From positions 64,001-128,000 of the forward strand of contig JAKLJL010000010.1 of NCBI GenBank assembly GCA_023151185.1: DNA of 64,000 nucleotides. Direction: 5' to 3'. Source of the DNA: Bacteroidota bacterium. Its GTDB lineage: Bacteria > Bacteroidota > JABWAT01. The notes under the pieces were generated by a model. That model worked only from the letters and a program-made list of their open reading frames with translations, made no database searches and had not been told where the DNA came from. The position numbers and the translations under genes were made by a program. Below, piece by piece: positions 1 through 8,804 of the stretch (the stretch's first letter is position 1; each line of letters opens with the position of its first letter).

Positions 1-2
1 TT

Positions 3-422
3 GATGTTATATCCTTCAGATTTAAAAGATCCATTTATTCCTGGCCGCTTGGTATCCCGTTTGGACCGTCATTTGATGCCCCGGGTAAAAACTATCCCGG
101 ACATGCCCGAATTCTTGCCCCTACAATCGGATATCAACGTTTTTGGTGGAAAGGTGCTTACACAGCCCTTTATGCAATGAATGCCTTTGAAAAGTATTTC
201 GATTCCAAAAATAAAGTTATCGGGAATGGGTATACCCTTTATCTTGACTTCTATTTAGGGTACCAGTTTAAGTTCTTTAATGACCGGTTCTTTTTTGAAC
301 CTGCCATTGGCTGCAGTTACTGGCCGTTAAGAACGGGTGTTCCTGACTCCTTTAAACAGACTGAAAAGAAGTGGCCAAACTATTTTATCCAACCGGGACT
401 TGATTTTGGTTTTAATTTTTAA
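3..422 (+). CDS. 5'-truncated outer-membrane beta-barrel-like hypothetical protein, paralog of 483..1106
   Basis: The frame is open from position 3 (DVISFRFKRSIYSWPLGIPF...) into the 177..422 ORF. It aligns by eye to 483..1106, and both end in G(L/V)xxGFNF. Confidence 0.75.
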   Translation, partial: DVISFRFKRSIYSWPLGIPFGPSFDAPGKNYPGHARILAPTIGYQRFWWKGAYTALYAMNAFEKYFDSKNKVIGNGYTLYLDFYLGYQFKFFNDRFFFEPAIGCSYWPLRTGVPDSFKQTEKKWPNYFIQPGLDFGFNF

Positions 423-482
423 GCTGAACCGAAAAACAACCAGAGATCAGGCAGTAAAATTTAACTTAAATGGAGTTTTTAA

Positions 483-1106
483 ATGAGAAAATTGTGGTTC
501 AGTTTTATTTTGGTGCTGGCCGGTAGTTTACAGGTTAAGGCACAATATGCTGAAAATGATACAACCTATAAAAAATGGTTTGTCGGGACCTCCTTATTTG
601 TTTTGCTGGGAAATCTCGACAAAGAAAATCCGCCCAACTTTTTTCAGGTGACCTTCGGCTACCGGCTTACCGGAAAGGATGTATTAACAATTTCCCCGAA
701 AACCTGGAAGTATGCCTGGCCAAACGGGATTCATCCTTTTTTCAATGATGCCTATAAAGATCCTAAGGAAAAATTTCCGGGTTATGTTCGTGAATATGGT
801 GCAACATTTTCTTACACCCGGTTTATTTGGGAAGGCCTGTATGCTCAGCTTGATGTGATGCCGGCCTGGCAAAACTTTGTAAATAACAAGGGCAGAAAAA
901 TTGATGACGGGTTTCAGATTTTCAACTCTTACCGTGTTGGGTATCATATCAAACTGTTTAAAGATAAATTTTTCTTTGAACCGTCTGTTTGCATGACTCA
1001 CCGTGCCTATCACACAAAACTTCCTGACGGATTCAGGCAACTGGATGATAAATGGCCTAAGTACGTCTTTCCTGAACCTGGGCTTAATGTGGGTTTTAAT
1101 TTTTAA
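483..1106 (+). CDS. secreted/outer-membrane hypothetical protein (beta-strand rich, C-terminal Phe)
   Basis: Signal peptide ending VKA-Q, alternating aromatic strands, C-terminus NVGFNF, GGAG RBS. Confidence 0.75.
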   Translation: MRKLWFSFILVLAGSLQVKAQYAENDTTYKKWFVGTSLFVLLGNLDKENPPNFFQVTFGYRLTGKDVLTISPKTWKYAWPNGIHPFFNDAYKDPKEKFPGYVREYGATFSYTRFIWEGLYAQLDVMPAWQNFVNNKGRKIDDGFQIFNSYRVGYHIKLFKDKFFFEPSVCMTHRAYHTKLPDGFRQLDDKWPKYVFPEPGLNVGFNF

Positions 1107-1131
1107 GTAACTGCTAAACCGGAGCCAAATA

Positions 1132-1554
1132 ATGAACAAACCCGAAACTACCCTGGAAGAGATTCAGGTAAATGTAAAGGTCAAGCTTGCATTTCTATGG
1201 ACGAGTTTTATGTTTCTTTATCTCTATGTCGATCATTTCCACTTGTATATGCCCGGCAAGATAGATTCTATTTTACAGGGAAAGGTTTTCGTATTTGAAA
1301 TCACCCAGGGTTTTATATTTACCGCACTTTCTCTGGCCACAATTCCGATGCTGATGATTTTTCTTTCTGTTTCGCTTAAGGCAAAATCAAACCGGCTGGT
1401 AAATTTAATTGCTGCAACCTTCCATATTCCGTACATGCTGTTTAACCTGGCCGGTGAAGCCTGGGTGCACATGGTATTTGCTGCTGCTGTGGAAGTTGTT
1501 CTTTTAGTGCTCATAATCCGGTATGCCTGGAAATGGCCCCGTATTGAAGCCTGA
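1132..1554 (+). CDS. DUF6326-like membrane protein
   Basis: KLAFLWTSFMFLYLYVD N-terminal motif, 4 TM helices, C-terminal AWKWP. Confidence 0.75.
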   Translation: MNKPETTLEEIQVNVKVKLAFLWTSFMFLYLYVDHFHLYMPGKIDSILQGKVFVFEITQGFIFTALSLATIPMLMIFLSVSLKAKSNRLVNLIAATFHIPYMLFNLAGEAWVHMVFAAAVEVVLLVLIIRYAWKWPRIEA

Positions 1555-1692
1555 ACAAATGACAGATTAAACACAAACCACTTACAGGCGTTTGGAAAAG
1601 TGGGTTCAGGGTTTTGAAATTCCCTTCGACGCCAGGCAGAAAAACGATAATCGAAACCTTTACCAGACACTTCATTAACTAATAGACTATAG

Positions 1693-2385
<693 letters not shown>

Positions 2386-2474
2386 TTTTCACTTGCCTAA
2401 AGCAAAGGGCAAGGTTTTTGATGAAAAACCCAGAACTGATTTTAAAAAAAGAAATTGGCATCAATAATTGTTCA

Positions 2475-3070
2475 ATGAAACCCATAAATCTTTCCTTCTT
2501 ATTATCCGTTTTACTGTTGGTTTCAAAGCAAACTTATGCACAGCACTCAGATACATGGTTTGTTAAAGACCGCCACATCAATACAAAAGTGTTAAAAGAA
2601 GGCTCTCATCGCTATCTCGTGAACTTTAAGATTGGTAAAAATGCACCCTGAAGCTGGATTCAGGTCCGGATAAGAACCAGTGAACGTACCATGCAAAATA
2701 AAAAACCGGTTATCCTAATAACACAGCAGCGGGGAGACAAAGAATCACCCATTCTTACAGTAAAATCGGTATAGGATGATTATACAATGATACCAGTTGC
2801 TCATGAGTTTGGGAATAAACAGCGGTTTTGCGCTGCCCAGATAAATAGTGAAAGTAAAACTGTACTGTATAACGGCAGCCTGGTATCAGATGCTGATACT
2901 TTAAAACACAGGAAAGCCTTATGGTTAGTTATTTGAAAGCATAGGGAAAAATTATTTTTTAACCGGCATCTTGATATGGAAGTTTTTTAAACACTCACCT
3001 ATAAAAATGGAGTACCATTTTTTGGACCCTTCTACGACCCCGGAAGGTCATCGTCTTTTGCAAAAGCAGC
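2475..3070 (+). pseudogene. decayed secreted-protein gene (DUF3108-like)
   Basis: Signal peptide and INTKVLKEGSHRYLV, then an in-frame TGA at 2649-2651. Protein-like fragments continue downstream (FFNRHLDMEVF*TLTYKNG, PFYDPG) with stops and frameshifts. The 3' end is approximate. Confidence 0.55.
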
Positions 3071-3334
3071 TTAAACAGTTGCTGGCGCAGCACAACTAAA
3101 CGGGCAGGATAATCAGGCAATTGATTGCAGGTTATCAGAAGTGTGGCACAAATCGAGTATTTGATACTGAAACTGGTGAAAAGATGGGGAATCCAATTGA
3201 GACACTTCAACAGATGAAGAAAGAGTTAAGTTTGGGGTGCCCTGGAAAAGAAGGCCTGGTCATTCCTTTTAAAATGGAAAAATTCCAGCTCTTAATCATT
3301 TCATAACTTTGAAAATTTAAAACCCGGCAACACG

Positions 3335-4417
3335 ATGAGTCGAATTTATTTAACTTTTCTTTTTATATTGAATCTCACCAGCTTATGGGCTCAGAAGACG
3401 GCTCCATTTGCCGACTCACTCCGGATTGTATACCATATTCCAGAAATTAGTTATGCCGTAGTTGATTCCAAATCAATATTGGAAATTGCGGCATTGGGCA
3501 AACACTCTGTTGCTCTTCCGGATACTGCAACCCTAAACGATAGATTTCACATTGGTTCTAATACCAAAGCAATGACGGCATTTATAATTGCCAGATATGT
3601 GGAAAATGGAAAGTTGAAATGGAATACAAAATATTTTGATTTATTTCCTGAATGGAAGGAAAAAAGCAAGCCTGAATATGCCAGCATTACTCTTCAGGAT
3701 TTGCTTTCACATCAAGCAGGAATACAACCATTTCAAGGAGACGGCGACCCTCAAATACCTGACTACAAAGGAACAAACCAGGAAAAGAGAAAACAATTCG
3801 GACAATTCGTATTAACACAAGAGTCTGTTACTCTCGATGAAAAAACTCCGTTTGTTTATTCAAATGCGGGATATACCCTGGCAACATTAATGTTAGAAAA
3901 GGTTACAGGGAAGAGTTGGGAACAGCTAGTCCAAAAAGTATTCAATGAAGATTTAAAGCTGAATGTAGAATTCTCGTGGCCGGAAAATCAAAAACAGAAG
4001 GATACCTGGGGGCATAGTTTTGTAAATGGCAAACTCATCCCAGTTCCATCAACAGTTGATTTTCATTTGGATTATACAGAACCTGCAGGAGATTTAAATA
4101 TCAAGTTAAATGACTACATCAGATTTATTCAATTGAATTTAGAAGGGCTAAACGGGCAAAATAATTATTTGACGGCCAAAACCTATTCATTTATTCATCG
4201 AGGAATAGAGAACTATTCTTTGGGTTGGTATAATATTTATGAAAACGGCAAGGAGCTTTCAACACATTCAGGTACAGTTGGAACCTATTATACACTTGTT
4301 CAAATCGATAGAATTAAAGGGATTGCCTATGTAATATTTACAAATTCCTTTAATCAAGATACCCAACAAGGTGTAAGGCTTTTGATGAGAAAAATGAAAG
4401 AAAATTACGGCAGCTAA
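3335..4417 (+). CDS. serine hydrolase, beta-lactamase/AmpC-like family
   Basis: SxxK (GSNTK), YSN and HSGT motifs; signal peptide. Confidence 0.9.
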   Translation: MSRIYLTFLFILNLTSLWAQKTAPFADSLRIVYHIPEISYAVVDSKSILEIAALGKHSVALPDTATLNDRFHIGSNTKAMTAFIIARYVENGKLKWNTKYFDLFPEWKEKSKPEYASITLQDLLSHQAGIQPFQGDGDPQIPDYKGTNQEKRKQFGQFVLTQESVTLDEKTPFVYSNAGYTLATLMLEKVTGKSWEQLVQKVFNEDLKLNVEFSWPENQKQKDTWGHSFVNGKLIPVPSTVDFHLDYTEPAGDLNIKLNDYIRFIQLNLEGLNGQNNYLTAKTYSFIHRGIENYSLGWYNIYENGKELSTHSGTVGTYYTLVQIDRIKGIAYVIFTNSFNQDTQQGVRLLMRKMKENYGS

Positions 4418-4439
4418 AATCGGTTTAGTTTCACTGTTT

Positions 4440-4970
4440 TCAGTCGGCAATTGGGGGGAATGGGACTTATTCTTCTTTGCCGGCATATTTTTATTATTTT
4501 CCGGTTTTCGCCATTTTATTCCTTTTAAGCTACTTTAGATGACGCTTCCGGAGATGCCTAAAAAAACCTGATTTCATTTTTAAACCCTTCCAAATATCCG
4601 CCATCTATGCTCTGATCAGTAATGACATTTGGTGGTGCCTTTCTTTTCATGGTAAATACTGAGAAGTAAAAAGGAAAGGCGGTAAAGTATTTTAGCACTT
4701 TCGGACGGGTTCCCTTCTTTTATTACAATTCGCACCTAAACCTGATGCATTTAGTCGCCATGATTTTTGCAGAATTCGCAGGGTTGTGCTGAAGAATTAT
4801 AATTTTACAAGATCGGGTATCTGAACCACCATCATTAAAAGGATATGGTTTTCAACTTCGGGAGGTTTGTTCTATTTGGATTTTTGTGATAGTTTTAGTA
4901 TATCCGGTGTGCAGAAAACTTGAAAGTTATATACAAAATCACAAAAACAAATGGTAGTTGATTTACCATC
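4440..4970 (+). pseudogene. C-terminal remnant of a DUF1624-family membrane protein
   Basis: Fragments LNPSKYPPS (~4580), FGRVPFFYY (~4700), YPVCRK and NHKNKW*LIY, interrupted by stops and frameshifts. Boundaries are approximate. Confidence 0.65.
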
Positions 4971-5012
4971 ACGAGAAAGAGAACAGTCAGAACAGGTACC
5001 CTAAAAAAACAG

Positions 5013-5489
5013 ATGAGAATCAGAGAAGCTAAAATTGCAGATATCAAACAAATTCAAATCATAAGGAATTCTGTTAAAGAAAACACGTTATCCAATCCAG
5101 ACCTGGTGACAGACAAAGACTGTGAAGAATTTATTACTGTTAGAGGAAAAGGATGGGTTTGTGAATTTGAAGAACAAATTGTTGGATTTGCAATTGTTGA
5201 CTTGAAGGAAAATAACATTTGGGCTCTGTTTTTAGATCCTGAATTTGAGGGAAGGGGTATTGGTCAAACCTTGCATAATACCATGCTGGACTGGTATTTC
5301 AAACAGACAAAAGAAAAAATCTGGCTGGGAACTGCCTTCAATACACGGGCAGAAAAATTTTACAGTAAAGCAGGCTGGACCGAAGCAGGAACACATGGCA
5401 TCAAGGAAATCAGGTTTGAAATGACCTTTGAAGACTGGACTACCATCTCAAACTCACTATCACCACGTAAAAATCAGGATTTAACTTAA
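5013..5489 (+). CDS. GNAT N-acetyltransferase
   Basis: LFLDPEFEGRGIG acetyl-CoA motif, AEKFYSKAGW. Confidence 0.88.
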   Translation: MRIREAKIADIKQIQIIRNSVKENTLSNPDLVTDKDCEEFITVRGKGWVCEFEEQIVGFAIVDLKENNIWALFLDPEFEGRGIGQTLHNTMLDWYFKQTKEKIWLGTAFNTRAEKFYSKAGWTEAGTHGIKEIRFEMTFEDWTTISNSLSPRKNQDLT

Positions 5490-5505
5490 CAAGGAAAAAC
5501 AATCC

Positions 5506-5937
5506 GTGCCAACCATCAATCCGCAGATCAACTTCAACGGTAACGCAGAAGAAGCCTTTACCTTTTACCAGTCCGTTTTTGGTGGAGAGTTTGTCAACAT
5601 CATCCGGTTCAAAGATCTGGAAGGGCAGGGGTTCCCGGTTGCTGAAAGCGAAAAAAATAAGCTAATGAACATTGCCCTGCGGATCGGACCGAATTTTCTG
5701 CTGGGGAATGATGTCCCTGAAAGTATGGGAAAAACCAATGAAAATGAGAACAGAAGTAAAATTTCCGTAACCGCAGAAAACAAAGAAGAAGCGATCCGGA
5801 TCTTTGATGGTCTTTCATCCGGCGGACAAATTGAAGTCCCCCTGGAGGAAGGTCCCGGCGGAACCTATTTCAGCATGTTCAGGGACAAATACGGAATTGA
5901 ATGGATGGTGACTTTTGATCCGGATGCAAAACGATAA
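5506..5937 (+). CDS. VOC/PhnB family protein
   Basis: FNGNAEEAFTFYQSVFGG and DKYGIEWM motifs. Confidence 0.88.
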   Translation: MPTINPQINFNGNAEEAFTFYQSVFGGEFVNIIRFKDLEGQGFPVAESEKNKLMNIALRIGPNFLLGNDVPESMGKTNENENRSKISVTAENKEEAIRIFDGLSSGGQIEVPLEEGPGGTYFSMFRDKYGIEWMVTFDPDAKR

Positions 5938-5985
5938 GGAACGGCGGACTGTCAGGTTAACCCCTGATTTTAATTTTCAGAGTTT

Positions 5986-6576
5986 ATGACGAACAAAACA
6001 ACCGGAAGCCGGAACCCTGTCTGGTGGCTTTTTCTGGCCCGTTTAACTGCTGCGCTACTGGCATTTTCATGCGGGGAAACGCCTGACAATAAAAATTTAC
6101 AGCCTCCGCAAGAGGTGACCCGGGTATCAGAATCAGACTACACGGTCCCGGAACCAGCAGAAACCCTGCTAACAGAAGATTCCGATTCTGAGTATTTCTA
6201 CATTGTCACAGCAGATACCCATCAGAACTATTTTTTCCTTGATAGAAAAATGCTGGAAATGGCCGGCCGGCTGAACCTGCCGATTGACACGATGGGACGG
6301 TATTATAATCCGGAGAAAAACAAAATCATCCTGCCGGAAACTGATGAGGATGATGTTTGGGCAGGTGATTATTACCCGCGCAGATTCCCTTCCGATTTTC
6401 TGAGCCTTGAACACCTGAGTTATTATCAGTTGTCTGCAAACCCGAAAACGATTGCACTCATTGCCGGCATATTCGAAACTGAACAACGTGCAGACAGTGC
6501 CGTCTCCTTTTTAAAGAAACAGGGTGAATCTGCCTTTTCATTCAGGGCTAAACTCTTTACCGGTTGCCTGCACTGA
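5986..6576 (+). CDS. hypothetical lipoprotein (possible C-terminal SPOR-like domain)
   Basis: Lipobox LAFSC; C-terminal IAGIFETEQRADS. Confidence 0.6.
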   Translation: MTNKTTGSRNPVWWLFLARLTAALLAFSCGETPDNKNLQPPQEVTRVSESDYTVPEPAETLLTEDSDSEYFYIVTADTHQNYFFLDRKMLEMAGRLNLPIDTMGRYYNPEKNKIILPETDEDDVWAGDYYPRRFPSDFLSLEHLSYYQLSANPKTIALIAGIFETEQRADSAVSFLKKQGESAFSFRAKLFTGCLH

Positions 6577-6743
6577 AACCGGATTTGTCCTTTTTTAAAC
6601 TGCCGGTTCCAAAAAGTCCGGTTGGTTTTGCATGAGGTCTGGATCGCAGGATTTTGAACCGTATTTTCACTATTTTTCTTCCCTTTTTGGGGGGATCGGT
6701 TTTGCACTTACCCCGGATCAGAAACAGTAAACGGATGGCGTTT

Positions 6744-7313
6744 ATGAGACCTGTCATTTCATTTATGCACCTTTCTCTTGATGGCTTTGTTGCCGGGCCT
6801 AACGGTGAAATGGACTGGATTTGTGTGGATGAGGAAATTTTTGAACATGTCGGGCGCCGGATTCAGGAAGGGGATACAGCCCTTTACGGCCGGAAAACCT
6901 TCGAGATGATGGAAGCCTACTGGCCAACAGCCGGAGATCAGCCAAACGCCACCCACCATGACCGGTCCCATTCTGCCTGGTATCAAAAAATTCAAAAAGT
7001 AGTACTTTCCACAACACTTGACGAAAAAAACTACCGGAACACCCGCGTAACCGGCAGCAACCCGGTTGAAAAGATACAATCTATCAGACAGCAGACCGGA
7101 CCGGAAATCCTCCTTTTCGGAAGTCCGGCAGCAACTCATTTCCTGATTCAGCAGGATTTAATCGACGGGTACTGGCTTTTTGTGAATCCGGTGATTTTGG
7201 GTAGCGGTATTCCACTCTTTGCCGGTATCCAGAATAAAATTAACCTGAAACTGGTGTCAACCCGGCAGTTTTCCTGCGGCGTTACTGAATTGAATTACCG
7301 GGTCAGGCGGTAA
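6744..7313 (+). CDS. dihydrofolate reductase/RibD C-terminal family protein
   Basis: SLDGF, LYGRKTF, PVILGSGIPLF. Start moved to the ATG at 6744 (MRPVISF). Confidence 0.88.
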   Translation: MRPVISFMHLSLDGFVAGPNGEMDWICVDEEIFEHVGRRIQEGDTALYGRKTFEMMEAYWPTAGDQPNATHHDRSHSAWYQKIQKVVLSTTLDEKNYRNTRVTGSNPVEKIQSIRQQTGPEILLFGSPAATHFLIQQDLIDGYWLFVNPVILGSGIPLFAGIQNKINLKLVSTRQFSCGVTELNYRVRR

Positions 7314-7356
7314 ACCTGCGCCAGGTGATCCGCCAGAAAAAAAAGACGGAGACTTT

Positions 7357-7914
7357 CTGAGAAAATTAATTGCAGCTATCAACATGACACTTGACGGGAT
7401 TTGTGATCATACAGCGGTTACTCCCGATGAGTCGCTTCATGATCATTACACTGACCTTCTCCGAACGGCAGGTGTCCTTTTATATGGCCGGAAAACCTTT
7501 CAACTGATGGAATACTGGCGGTCGGTTGCTGAATCACCAACCGGGAATAGATCACTGGATGATTTTGCCAGGGTCATGGATGCCGTCCCCAAAGTTGTGT
7601 TTTCACGGACATTAACCGAAACGGACTGGCCTGGTGCCCGAATCGCAACCCGGGACCTGCGGACTGAAGTTGAAGATCTTAAGCAGCAGGATGGCCTGGC
7701 TGTTTACGCCGGATCTCCGGGGTTGATTTCTTCATTAACAGAACTGAATCTGATTGATGAATACCAGATCTGTCTGCATCCGGTAATTGCGGGCGGTGGT
7801 CTGCCGCTTTTCAGGGATTTGACCCGGAATAAAAACCTGAATCTGGTCCAAACCAAACAGCTTGCCTCCGGCGCCCTGATTCTGTATTACTCCGCTTCAA
7901 CCCTGATTTCCTGA
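7357..7914 (+). CDS. dihydrofolate reductase/RibD C-terminal family protein (probable CTG start)
   Basis: MTLDG, LYGRKTF, HPVIAGGGLPLF. The family-typical N-terminus xRKLIAAIN begins at a CTG at 7357 after GGAG. Confidence 0.85.
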   Translation: MRKLIAAINMTLDGICDHTAVTPDESLHDHYTDLLRTAGVLLYGRKTFQLMEYWRSVAESPTGNRSLDDFARVMDAVPKVVFSRTLTETDWPGARIATRDLRTEVEDLKQQDGLAVYAGSPGLISSLTELNLIDEYQICLHPVIAGGGLPLFRDLTRNKNLNLVQTKQLASGALILYYSASTLIS

Positions 7915-7965
7915 TACGATTAAGAACCTGATGCCTTTGCCGGCATTCTGAACGGACAAATCCCA

Positions 7966-8592
7966 ATGAAAAAATACTACCTTCTTGTTTTTCTTTTCTT
8001 TGCCGGGCTGATCGGATCCGGTATTCAGCCGCATGACTATTTTACCTGGTTTCTGGAAGTTTTTCCGGCCATACTCGGAGCTCTGGTTCTGGCAGTCACT
8101 TTCAAAAAGTTCAGGTTTACCGATCTGACTTACAGTCTGATTCTGGTTCATTGCTTTATCCTGTTTATCGGCGGGCATTATACCTATGCTGAAGTTCCGC
8201 TTTTTGACTGGATCAGGGAGGTTTTGAACCAGACCCGGAACAATTATGATAAAGTCGGGCATTTTGCACAGGGATTTGTTCCTGCCCTGATTGTGCGGGA
8301 ATTATTCCTGCGGCTGGAAATTGTTCAGAAAAAAGGATGGATTTCCTTTCTGACGGTTACGGTTTGCATGAGCATCAGTGTCGTGTATGAATTTCTGGAA
8401 TGGTTCGTTGCCCTGAGCACCGGTGAATCGGCGGATGCTTTCCTGGGTACACAGGGATATATCTGGGACACTCAGTCGGATATGTTTCTGGCAACTCTTG
8501 GCGCTCTGACGATGGTTCTTCTGTTTTCAAAGGTTCAGGACCGGATGATCCGGAACCTGGATCCAAATGGGGATTCTGCTTCCCGACCCTGA
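7966..8592 (+). CDS. DUF2238 (YjdF-like) membrane protein
   Basis: GGHYTYAEVP, RNNYDKVGHFAQG, FLGTQGYIWDTQSDM. Confidence 0.9.
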   Translation: MKKYYLLVFLFFAGLIGSGIQPHDYFTWFLEVFPAILGALVLAVTFKKFRFTDLTYSLILVHCFILFIGGHYTYAEVPLFDWIREVLNQTRNNYDKVGHFAQGFVPALIVRELFLRLEIVQKKGWISFLTVTVCMSISVVYEFLEWFVALSTGESADAFLGTQGYIWDTQSDMFLATLGALTMVLLFSKVQDRMIRNLDPNGDSASRP

Positions 8593-8804
8593 AACTGAAG
8601 GCAGGGGTTTTTTGATCCGGAAACAGTCCCTGCCTCTCTCCTGCACAGTACTTCCTCCCGGCTTGTCACCGCTTCCGGTTGCCGGCAGTCAAATTTCCTG
8701 CCGGACGTAAACCTCTGACACGATCAACCTGATCCTGCATCCAACCGCTGTTCTTAGCCCGAAACGGGTCTAAGCTGAAAAATTACTTACCAAACCAAAC
8801 TATA

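Noticed and set aside
1555-1692. Intact attC site
   Set aside because: An imperfect hairpin is present but the RYYYAAC and GTTRRRY boxes are non-canonical. Kept only as weak support for the cassette hypothesis.
3121-3306. 61-aa ORF
   Set aside because: TTG start, no motif, and it lies in a decayed region; probably pseudogene debris.
8752-8774. Hairpin CTTAGCCCG-AAA-CGGGTCTAAG upstream of the CoA-disulfide reductase as a riboswitch
   Set aside because: A single small stem with no recognisable aptamer context.
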